NCBI RefSeq assembly: GCF_000372725.1
Contig: NW_005201113.1
Coordinates: 1 to 64,000 of the forward strand
Length of the DNA: 64,000 nucleotides
From: Emiliania huxleyi CCMP1516
Lineage: Eukaryota
Direction: 5' to 3'
Part shown: positions 33,887 to 45,100 of the stretch, in pieces
Numbering within the stretch: the stretch's first letter is position 1
Layout: the number at the start of each line of letters is the position of its first letter
Position numbers and translations under genes: made by a program
Notes under the pieces: model-generated
What the model was told of the DNA's origin: nothing
What the model saw: the letters and a program-made list of their open reading frames with translations, nothing else
Databases searched by the model: none

Positions 33887-34040
33887 GGTAAGGTAAGGTA
33901 AGGTAAACTTCTCCACACACACTCGAGGTGGTGGGGCAAGGGGGGGCAACCCAGGAGCCTCGCGTCTCCACGTCTGACGACAGGAGCCCCACGGCATTCA
34001 AAGTGCAAGGCCCAGTGCGCGTGGGTGAGCGGTGTGTGTG
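33887..34040 (-). mobile_element. ~150-bp SINE-like element with (CCTTA)n tail
   Basis: Reverse-complement match to 51892-52041, with the same 5' end (ACACACACCGCTCACCCACGCGCAC). Confidence 0.8.
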
Positions 34041-34144
34041 TAGAGGGTTGTCAAACGTTAACTTTGGGCCTCACTCAAAAGTGGCGCACGCGAGCTGCGC
34101 GCTTACGAAGCACGAAAGCTGGCAGCTTTCCAGAGCAGTCAGAA

Positions 34145-37100
34145 TCACAAGCTGCGTCTGCTTCCACGGCGGACTCTTTTCGTGACGGTATTGGCGTGCC
34201 AACGAAATCGCAGGTACAATGTCGGCAGGGGAGCCAACCCTTTCTGCTTCCGTAGGTGAAGCTCTAAGTTGTGCGTGCTGTCCTTCGAGAAGTTGGCCGG
34301 GTAACGCTGAAGGCGTCGCTGAAGTTGGCCGGGTACTTGTGTGAGATTCACGTCGCGGTGCCGACGGAATTTTGCGCCACTCTGTGACAGCATCCATCCC
34401 AATTGAGCGTCAACGTAGCCATAACTTCCAGCAAAATCCTCATCACTGCCCCCCGCACGCCAGTATGCCTGCCGATGAAAGAGCCAATTGGCCGGGTGTA
34501 CGCTGCCTATATTCTCGCGGTTGAACATGTGCACGCTGTCGATGTCTGACCTCTCTGCAAGCCCAAGTAGCCCACGCGCCGCTTGCGGAGTCACCACCAC
34601 GTCGGCATCTAGTCTCATCGCCCAGCACGTTGTCGCAGTGTGCATCAGCAGGTTGAGGGCTCCGACGTCATTCCAGGCGATCTTAGGAGGCTGAATTGTC
34701 AGCACACGGATCGGATACATCGGCTTGTTCGCACGCACCACGGATAGCGCTGAGTGCTCCGACGTCGAGCAGTCGTCCACCACGGTGAAGTGAAACTGCT
34801 GCGCCAGGCTCTCAGGCCATGTGGCCCAACCGCGCATGATATTGTGGAGTAAGGCCGGGCTGTTGTAGTACAACACGCCGAGCGTCACAATTCGCTGCTC
34901 GCAGGCTGATGCCGCGGCAGCAGCGTTAACTTTGCGTGCCGAACACGCGGCCACGGTGCGCGGCGGCCACCCATCCCCCTGTTCCTGCACATTGCGCGGG
35001 GTGTGCTGGTGACTCCAGCGTGGAGAAATGCACAAATGGCCTCGGTGCTCCTTACCGCCATCAGCAGTACTTTGGAGCGTTTCCGCTTGCGCTTCAGCAA
35101 CTGTTGCCATGGCTATGGGCAGCGCACCCGAGAGGCCTCCTAACCCTTCAGCGAAATCTGAGTCCGGAAGCGCAGTGACGTCTGGCAGCGCAGTTGAGGA
35201 TGCAGCAAGCGCGGCGCCGCCAGCGGCGGTGACCAAGCCGCCAGAGACGGTGGCCAAGCAGAGAAGAATGCCGAGCAGGCTGGACCAGCCGAGTCGGCGG
35301 GCCTTTGAGTTGCGGCGCCACATCACCGTGCCGACGACGGCCAGGGCAGCGGCCGCGGCGGCGACCTGCGGCGGACCCGCCGCGAGCCACGAGAAGGCGC
35401 TCGCGAAGAAGCCGGCAAGCGCCGCCGTGCCGGTGAGGCGCGCCGTGGCGGCGGCGAGGCAGGTGGCCCACGCCGCGCCGCGAGCCCCCTTTCCGCTCGC
35501 CGCGGTCGGCCAGGAGGCGCCGCAAGCGATGGCGAGGAGGATGAGCACGCTTGCGGGCATGAGAAGCGGCGAGCAGCTCACGAGCGAGGACGGATTCGAG
35601 GCGACGGCGGGCGAGAAGGCCGAGGACGCCGCCGAGGCGACGCCGGATGAGAAGGCCGAGGACGCCGAGGCGACGGTAGACGAGAAGGCCGAGGCCACCG
35701 CCGTCGGGCTAGGCACGGCGGACGCGCAGTGGCCGAAGGCGGGCATGCAGACGAGGAGCAGCCACCGGAAGGCGCCCTCGGCCTTCGTGTAGCCGCCCTG
35801 CACGCAGTTGGCCGCCGCCTTGAGGGCGGCGCGACCGCCGGCGCCGCATGTGCCAGCGCCGGCGCCGCATGTGCCAGCGCCGGCGCCGCACGTGCCAGCT
35901 CCGGCGCCGCACGTGCCAGCGGCGAATGGCGCCTTGCCGGACGTGTTCTGCGGCTCGCGGCGCCGGTCCGGGCGGCGGCCGCGGCCGCGGCTCTTGTCAG
36001 TCTTCGGCTTGCGCCAGCGCCTTGCCTTGCGCCGGCACTTCCTCGAGCGCCGCGACTGCAAGTCCGCCCACTTCTCCCGTCGCTCGGCAATGAGATCGAG
36101 CGCGGCCTTCGCCTTCTTGCGAATGCCCTCCCAGTACTCGCGCCGCTCGGCGGCCGCGGCCTCAGCCAGCCCCGCGCCCGCGACCGCGCTCAGTGGCTTG
36201 GGCGCCACGGGCGCAATGCCGCCGGAGGTGGGGACTCCCGGCGACGGCGACTTCTTGCCGTCGGCGGGCGTAGCCTGGTAGACGACGCTCTCGCCCAGCC
36301 GGCGGACTTCGGCCTCGACGCCGACCACGTAGCCCGGTCCGGAGCTGCGGGCCGGCGCCGGCTCGCTCTCCCCCACCGCCGTCGGCGTGGGCAGGCCCGG
36401 GTAGCAGGTGGTGTCCTGCAAGCGCGATAGGGGCACACGGGAAGGGAGATTATTGCCGGTGGGAGAGCGAGGGGTGCCAGGAGAGAATGCTGCGGCGCGC
36501 TCACCGCTGGGTCGGGCGGGTTGGAAACGGTCTTGGCCGGCTTCTCGACCTCCTTTGCAGCCTCCTTGGCGACGGCCCCCTCGGCGGCGGCGGACTTGGC
36601 GGCCTCCTCGGTGGCAGACTCCTCGGTGGCGGCGGCCTCCTCGGTGGCGGCGGACTTGGTGGCGGACTCCTCGGCGGCGGCGGACTTGGTGGCGGACTCC
36701 TCGGCGGCGGCGGCGGCGGACTTGGTGGCGGACTCCTCGGCGGCGGCGGACTTGGCGGCGGACTCCTCGGCGGCGGCGGACTTGGTGGCGGACTCCTCGG
36801 CGGCGGCGGCGGCGGACTTGGTGGCGGACTCCTCGGCGGCGGCGGACTTGGTGGCGGACTCCTCGGCGGCGGCGGGCTTGGCGGCGGCCTCCTCGGTGGC
36901 GGCCTCCTCGGCGACGACGGCCTCCTCAGTGGCGGACTCCTCGGCGGCGGACTCCTCGATGGCTGCCTCCTCGGACTCCCCCTCGGTGGCGGACTTGGCG
37001 GCGGCCTCCTCGGTGGTCGCCTTCTCGGTGGCGGCCTCCTCGGCGGTCGCCTCCGCGGTGGCCGACTCGGGGTCCTCCTCGACGGCGGCGCTTGGCGGCA

Positions 37101-37597
37101 ACTCCTCGGCGGCGGCGGACTTGATGCCGCACGCCTGGGTGAGGGGAGAACACGCAAGTGTGCGGAGACAGGGAGGCCGTAGGGATGATGACAATCCTGG
37201 CGTGCGCACACTCACCTCGGCTCCGAGGAGCGAAGGCGACAGCGACGTGATGCCGACAGGAGCCGTCGGCGCAGACTCGGACGGGACGTCATTGCCGTTG
37301 CCGATGACGTCCTCGAGCGAAGCGGGCTTGCCCTCGGACGGGATGCCAGCGGCCTCGCCTCCGGCAGCGTTGACGGTCATGTTGCCCGCCAGCGACGCCT
37401 GTGTCAGCCAGAAGGCCAGAGGATAAGTCTTGCAGGTAGGACGAGCGCATTGCCACGTGCAGGTAGGACGAGCGCAGTGCCACGTGCACGCAAACACACG
37501 CCTGCTTGTCAGCAAGCGGCCGCGGCGGAGGAGAGAGCTTGAGCACGAGCTTGTCACCGGCGGCCGGCACGAGCTCGAGTTTGAGCTTGTCGAGCAT
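34145..37597 (-). CDS. Chimeric membrane protein: acidic SAAAEESATK-repeat N-terminus, TM segments, and a C-terminal GT-A (GT2/GT7C-like) glycosyltransferase domain
   Basis: GT motifs LYYN, VVDDCS, WNDVGALNL, RLDAD, HPANWL...YWRAGGSDEDFAGSYG..D. The 5' exons are paralogous to 47697-48988. Confidence 0.65.
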
Positions 37598-38359
37598 GTT
37601 GATCGAGTTCCTGCAGAAGGCTGTGTGTGAAGGACATCAAAACTGGCTTGGCTTCGGATCAATCTCGGCGATCAAGCGCCTACGGGATCACTACTACTAC
37701 GGACTACTCTGCATTGCTGCGAATCCTTTACTGGGTCGTGGACTACTCTGCCATCGTGCTACTATTATGCTGGAGACTGTGCAGAGCACCACTTTATTGC
37801 TGTTCGGACTCCTGAGGCGTCTTTGAGGGGGCGTGGAGAGAGGAAGGGGGCTCAAGAGGGCCGCACCTACTCGCAGCGTACGCAGCTTGAGGCCCAGCTC
37901 GCAAGACGCCGCGGCGGTTCCCCTCGCCCCACCTTGTTGTGTGGACCTGCGTGCGCACGACGGCGGTCGAGCGTCAGCAGCATAAAATGGGACGAGCATG
38001 GCGCGGGTTCGCGTCGGGCCTCGCGGGAGCGCAGCAGGCATGGAGGCGATTCGCGGCTGCGCGCTGGGCCGTCGCTCTGCCCGCGATCCGGGTGTGCGCC
38101 AGATTCGTGTCGCTCGCCTCGGAGCGGGCTGCGCGCGGGGCGTTCGCAGCAAGGGGGGCACGGGCACGAGCGCGCTGCAGCGCATGGGATGTGGGGCGAA
38201 ACGGCGGGGCACGCTCGCGCAAAGGCCAACACGCGCCGCATCGCGCGGGGCGCGGGGAGAGGCGAGGAGCGCCCGCACCCTCGATGCAACAACCGGGGCG
38301 CCGTTCATTGAGCTTCGGTGGGAAAACATTCGCAACGATATCTTCCGTCTTTGTAGCCT

Positions 38360-38985
38360 CGGTTCTCGAGGTTCTCGAGGTGGATATCCTTTGGCCGCGT
38401 TGGGTAGCGAGGATTGGTGTAACCCGAGCCACGGAGGCGTGTTTTCTGGCGGCCGACCGTCAGTGCACGGAGTTGCCACTTCTCCGACTGCCCCGGCTAG
38501 TTCCCGAGGTCGTCGGGTGTGACCCCTTCGTCCCCCGAGACCTAGCGCGGGTGGGTTGGAGGGGGCTCGCCCCGTTCCTCCCCATCGGGCCGCGTGAGCG
38601 GCCACGCCTCGCAGATTCGTTTTCGCGCCTGGGTCAGGCGCGCGGGGCATCCCCCGGGTCGCTCGACCAGCGATCCGAAGAGTGGCCGCTATGCGAGGGA
38701 AAGAGCGGGGCCCACGGGGTACGCCTCCGTCCGGCCCCCTCCGAGGGGGGAAGGGAATTGTGGGGTCCCCACGGGCGCCTCAGTTCGGCCCTCCCGAGGG
38801 GGGGGAGGGGAGCAAGGGGGTGGGGGGATCGGGGCGGGGGGGGAGGGGTCTCGGTTTCGTGTGGCTAAGACTTGCCTTTCGGGGAGGGGCCTCAGTTGGA
38901 AGGCGAGGCTAGCTCAGCCCTACGTCTTCCCCTCCTCCCCAGAGGCAGCGAGTAGGCCGCGAGAGGAGCACTCGAGCGCCTATAC
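38360..38985. repeat. Copy 2 of the 23651-24425 repeat
   Basis: Direct near-identity. Confidence 0.9.
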
Positions 38986-39081
38986 TTGGGGTGTGCGTGA
39001 ACAGCGATGGGAAAGGGCAATATGGGGGGCGGGGGGGGGGGCAGGCGGGCGGCGGGGTTGCAGCAGCTGAGCAGCAGCCGT

Positions 39082-39115
<34 letters not shown>

Positions 39116-39809
39116 CAGCAGCAACAGCGATAGCAGCCTCGATCCCCTGCGGTGTCATAGTCTTTCAGTCCTATCTAGGCGGCCGCGAGGTTAATATACT
39201 GAATAATGGTGTCAAAACACCGGGGGGTGGCTGGCGCGCAGGCACCTGAGGGGCGTCCGCCAAGCGCGCACTTGGCTCGACGTGTAGCCTCGCGTTTGTG
39301 CCCCGTTTATGCGGCTTCCCGTGCCTCCGAGCGTTCATTTTAATCCGAACCCGGCGCTTTTCTCGATCGAGAGGTGTAACCTTTGTTTGGCCGCGTTGGG
39401 CAAAAGCTGGACGGTCGCGAATGGAGCCGTCTGTATTCTGGGGGGTATCGGGCGCCTTGGGTGGGGGCGGGGGGGGCTGCACATCTCAGATACGCGCCGG
39501 CACAGAATGACACACGTATCAATCAGGCCTGAGGGGGACCTGGAGGAGTTGCGGAGCGGCCCGGCCCGCGGCGCTGGCGGGGGGGGCAAGAGGTCCCGCG
39601 ACGAGCGCCGGCGGGGGGCGCGGCGGGAGCGACGGGGGGGGGAGGGGATGGAGTCGGAGGATGATGGGGATGGTCCTCTCTGCGAGCACCACGGTGCTCG
39701 CGGATTCGACCATCCGCCTGACTACCAGTCCGACGACGCCTTCTGTGAGGAGGACGGCGTCTGTGAGGGCGACGGCTTCTAAGCCGTCGCCTTTGCAGTG
39801 CCAGTCCCG

Positions 39810-40070
39810 TACCCGGTCGTTTGAGGATGGAGATAAGCTCACGCACGGCCAGCAGGGCGAGGTCGTCGGCCTCACGACCGACGCTATGCACCAAGCTACG
39901 GCCTGAAGATGCTCTTCCCAGGGAACAAAGGCCACGTAAACTGCTCTCTGACCCGGCTCAGCCGCGAGAAGCCGCCGCCTCTCCCGGGCGGTCACGAGAC
40001 CGGCGAACAGCTGTGTACTGGACGGGCCCGAGCCATTCGTTTGAGAATGGCGATAAGCTCGTGCACGGCC
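39810..40070 (+). pseudogene. Frameshifted fragment of the ~71-aa repeat module seen at 26084-26740
   Basis: SFEDGDKLTHGQQGEVVG / LKMLFPGNKGHVNCSLTRLSREKPPPLPGGHE / YWTGPSHSFENGDKLVHG lie in different frames. Confidence 0.8.
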
Positions 40071-41296
40071 GTGCGCGGGGCCGGCGTGTGGGGGCGCGGG
40101 GAGGTCGGTGGTGGTGTGTGGGAGGTGGGGCGAGAACGGAGGAGGCCGGCAGGGATGGTGGGAGGGAGGGGGGGTGACGGTGTCGGAGGGGGTGGCGGGG
40201 CGGGAGGCGGCGGGGGCGGTGGCGGCGGGGGCGGCGACGGCGGCGGCGGTGGCGAGGGCCACGGAATAGGCGGCACCCAAGGCAGCACGGGCCGCAGAGG
40301 CGGCGAGAAGGGCGGTGGCGACGGCTCGGCGAGGGCGGAGGCAGAGGCGGCGTGGCGGCGCGTCGGAGGCGGTGAGAGCGGAGGGGAGGGCGGTGGGGAG
40401 GGCGGTGGCGGTGGCGGCGGCGAGGCCAGTCGCGTGGGCGGCGGCGAGGCAGGTGGCGGGGCCGGAGGCGGCCCGGAGGGCGGCAGCGGCGGCGCGGCGG
40501 CAGCGGCGGCGGGCGGGAGGGTCGTGTCCGTCTCTGAGCTTTTGCGAGACTTGTGCTTCTATTACCATGATAACAGTCCGTCCCACACAGCTCGAGCCCT
40601 ACTTTCCTCTCTTCTCTACCATTGTGGGGCTGTTGCTGCTGGACTGGATTCGGTCTGGGGAAGGTATGGTACCTGTACCCGGCTGTGTCGACCGACCGTG
40701 GGGCGGCAGGCGACAGGGCTAGGCCAGTCGTCCCGTGTGGGTGAGGGGGGCGCGCGAGGTATCTCTCTAACGCGAGGAGTGTCTCTGGCTGTATTACAGA
40801 GGGGAGTGGAGCGGGCGGTGGATTCGGTGCTGTGCGGGTATGGGCGCACCGGTCGGCGAGGGCCTCATCGGGGGTCCGCCTGTGGGCGAGAGGCGTGGCG
40901 CGGGGCGGCGAGAGGAGGGCAGGGTTCTCCTCGGGCCTGTCGCCGTGGCAATGGTCTGGTTGGTCAGCCCATGGAGGTGAGTCGAGGAGTGGGTTCGGTG
41001 CTGGGGAGGTATGGGCGTCCCGCTCTCGCAGAGCTGCGCGGGGGGGGCGCCCATCTGCGGAGGCCTGTCTGCGGAGGAGTAGGTGGTTAGTCGTGCGAGG
41101 ATCATCAGAAGTGCGAGGCTTTCGGCCGATTATATTAAATGATATGAGAGGTGAGACTAGTGGGTTTGGCGCCCGTCGGGCTTCTGGCCGACCCCGAGGG
41201 GGTGGCTCACATCTGCCGCTCTGCCAGGCCCCTGCAGGGGCGCCAGCGTTGCGGCAGGTCGCGCGAGTAGGGGACGTCGATACAAAGGCTGGCCGG

Positions 41297-41329
<33 letters not shown>

Positions 41330-42137
41330 AGCAGCTGCTGGCAAGCAGCAGAGGCTCTCAGCTTGTCGGCTGCGGGCAGCGCCTGCGTGCGATGGTCATG
41401 CGAATCGCGCGGCCACGAGGGTGCCGCGCGCGCGTGTGCCTCGGCTCGCCCACCTCGTGCTGCAAGCAGTGCCAGCAGCATGCAGATGGGCGCAGCAATT
41501 GTTGTGGTGGTGTTGCGGCGCCCGGCTGCGCTCCGCGCGCGGCTGTGCGGCCGCCCGTGGCTGCGCGCAGGCGGCGCCGCCGGTCGTCGTAGCGCGCCGG
41601 CTGCACTGGGCCGCAGCATCAGGCCGGCGCCATTGGCGCCAGCCTTTGGCGCTGTTGGCCCGCAGAGGGACGTACGTCCAAAGTTTTTGATGCGCGCGCC
41701 GACCGCGCCTTCCGGCGGGTCGGGCGCGCTGTGAGCGAGCGCTGGTAGGCGCTGGGTGGCGCTGGGGGCGGCGAGATTCCCCGCCATTCGGGCAAATCTG
41801 TGTCTTGACGCTGCTGCGAAAAGAAAATCCGGTGTCATGACGAGACACAGACAGCGACATATACAGCGGAGAGCGCACACAGCACAGTCACACCGCACAG
41901 CACACAGCACGCAGGCACACTGTACACACAGGCACTGTACAGGCATACTCTACAGACACGTCAACAGGCGGCAGGCGGCGCACGGAGGTCCCAACACCCA
42001 AGGTAAGCCCGGGGGCCCGCAGCGCATAGGTACAGGACAGGTACAGGCACACAGGGCGGCACCCCCCGGCCTCCGTGCGTAGCTGCCTGGGGGCGGGGAA
42101 GTTTGCCTTCGAGCGTGGATTTTAGCTGGGCAGTCCT

Positions 42138-45100
42138 TCAGTCTTTCGGATAGCCGTCTGCGCGGTAAACAACTGACTCCGCGGTAATGTCGGAGGCGCA
42201 CGAGCCGCTTTGCTTGATCATCAAAACGCCCCAGCTAGGCGCGGCCATGCGGCGGTCATCGTCGGATGCAAACTCGCAGCTGCCCTTGACGCAGCCGGTG
42301 CCCGATCGCACTGTGAGGTTCCGGCAGATGCCAGGGCACTGGCCGTCCTCATCTGCAGAGAGGGCCCAGCAGACAGGTTCAATGTCTTTAGACGAGTCAG
42401 GCGCGCCAAACTGGAATCCTGCGCAGTCCGATTGCGATGTGCACGCAGCCTCACAAGATGGGAAGGTGCGCGCGGACTCAACCCGAACAAGGCCGACATC
42501 CAAACACGTCGCCTCAAATCGAGAGTAGCCTGCCACCTCCTGCAAGTACGGCCAGCAGCCCGGGATGGACGGCTTTTCAAGCGCAGCGGTCTCATACGGG
42601 ATGAGATCCACAGGGCAGCCGAGGCGCCAGTCAAAGTAGGCCAGGTTTGAGGTTGGCGAGCAGCACGGTGGCGTCCCTTCGGAGGAGGTGTACGCCAGGA
42701 AGGGCGAGAGCGCTGATGCAACGCCGCCTGGGCCTCGGATGGTTTCTACCCACCGCCAGAGCATTGCTTGGTTCCCATAGTCGTCCTGCTCCAGCTTGTA
42801 CTGGTAGCTTTCCTTGCTCGAGCGAGACAGCTGCTCGATCGTCTCCGTGGACGTTTCGACCGTGGTCCCCCATGTGCGTTGAGTACTCTCCTTGAACTTG
42901 ACCGGGGAAAGCTTGCCGAGTCCGGAAAGCTCCACTTCTTGCTTCAGTGAGCGCTCGACCTTCGAGGTCATCTGCTCTTTTGTGACGCTCTTGTCGCTGG
43001 TTGAAGTGCCCGTCTCGAGCGTGATCTGCCAGTCCGCGTTGCCTATACACAGGCTTGGGCTAAAGGTTAGGTACAGGGTTGGCGTTGGGCTAAAGCGCAG
43101 TACTAACTGCCGTATGCGAACGGGGTCCACTGCCCAAAGTACTCTGGGAAGTCCGCGTCCACCGCGTGTCCGTCGGTGGACGTCAAGTAGCCGTACACGG
43201 TGGTGAAGAAAGGCTGGGCTGGGCTTGGGGGCGATGGCGGTGGTGACGGCGGCGACGGCGGCGGCGGTGACGGCGGAGGCGGCATTGCCGGGTGCGGTTC
43301 GCGGCACTGGCACGCCCCGTCGACAAGGCCCGAACACGTGCCACGGTTGTAGTAGTAGGGTAGCTGTTTGGTCGGGCAAACATAGAAGTAGGCACCTGGG
43401 TAAGATGGGCACACACCATCTCCGGTAAATTCCTCCCGTAGTCCTTCGGTAGTTGAGCAGGTCCCATCCTTGCTGCACTCCGTCCCATCCCTGCTGGTGC
43501 TGGTGCATTCGGGAGAGTAGCATTTTGGATAGCTAACGAAATGGCCATCCGTCGGATCGAGTTCTGTTGTGCACAAGTAGCACTCGCATCGATCGTCTAG
43601 CTTGCAGATCTTGTGGCCGCCGAGGTTGCCCGTCGTCGCTCCTGGGCGGTCGTTCCAGTACACGTCTCGGCTTGTATCTTTGGCGGGCACAAGCGGGCCC
43701 TCCTGTCCCGGCATTCCAGGCGGAGGGGGGGGGTACCATTGGAAACACCCACCGATCCAGTTTTCGTCATTGTCCAGGGCCTTCTGGTACTCCCCCGTAC
43801 TGACCCCCCCCCCAAATGCAGTGCTGGCCAATGCCTGGCACTCATCGGCGTCTTCGACGTCAGTGTATCCTGATGGGCACGTCACGTCCGGGTACGTGAG
43901 GATCTTTACTTCGTCACCGTACATAATTGGAGGATCACCGAGCATACCAGTCAGCATGCCTGATGATGGCTTGGGTAGCATTGCGATCGAGTTGCCACAC
44001 CAGCACGTTGCCGTCGCAACCGTGGGTGCATTCACGATCGTGTAGCTGTAGCCCTTTTCAAGGCACTGTGCCGTGCAATCCTCCCCGCTTGCGAGCTCGA
44101 GCCAGTCGGTGGAAGGCGTAAACGAGGACGTGTATTCGGGTAGCTGGACCCACTTGGATGTGGGGGCCGCGTCATATCGCACCTTGCAGCAAGAGTAGGA
44201 GTACGTGTAGTCGTCACCGAGGTCGTTCATCTAAAGGGAGGGGCGGATGGTGAGAGGGGGGGGCTATATAGCGAGCGCAAGCGGGCACAAGTGGCCCTGC
44301 CTCGAAGCTATTCACCGCAGCATCGCCGCAGTTCACTTCCCCTGCAGGCTCCGCAAGTGAGCGCCATGTTCCGAAACCAACCGCCCAGCAGGAGGAACTG
44401 TTGGCGAATACGTGGACGCCTCGCCCTCATCTGGTTCGATTTGGTCGCATCGATACTGGCCTTTCGCAGCAGTGTCCTTGAGTGGGCAGCATTGGTACCT
44501 ACGCAAGGTGACGTGTGTGTTGTGGGGGGGAGGCGGACTGGTCAGAAGGCCAGAGAGTGGGATGTGCAGAGGCCACAGGTGCGCACTTGTATTTCCACCT
44601 CAGACTTGTTTTTTCCCCTTCGCCTTGCAATTGGAAGTCTGTCAGCACGTCGTCATTTGGGCACGAGACCTTGAGGTCTCCCAACTTTTGTACATTCCCA
44701 GCGGCATCCTGGACATCAGAGGAGTCGTAGTCGGATGCACCCGCAGAAGTCGAAGCTGTCTCCGTTGTGACGCAGTTATCGAGGTCGATCGCCGGGGCAA
44801 AGTCAGCGCAACACGTGTACTCGAAATACGTCTGTTGTGCAGCAACGCCTTCCGAGTCGATGCGCTTTGCGTGCCATTGCGTGAGAGGCATTTTCCCGGC
44901 GCATTGCTGTCCCACGTGGTGCCAGACCAGCTGTTGGTTGTTGTCTCTCGTCGGCCACGTCGTGAAGGTGCGTTCATCCTGACACGTGGGGCGAACCCCA
45001 TTTGTGCTCCATTCGGTGCTGACCGTCACTGCCGCCGTGTCGAGCTCACAAAGATTGATGCCGCCGGTACACTCGCCGCTCTGGTTGATCGGATTTTTTG

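Noticed and set aside
39958..41946. 662-aa minus-strand ORF
   Set aside because: Low-complexity, crosses microsatellites and repeats, no domain signal.
43064..43095. Telomere-like GGTTAG/GGGTT motifs
   Set aside because: Few, degenerate and intronic; not a telomeric array.
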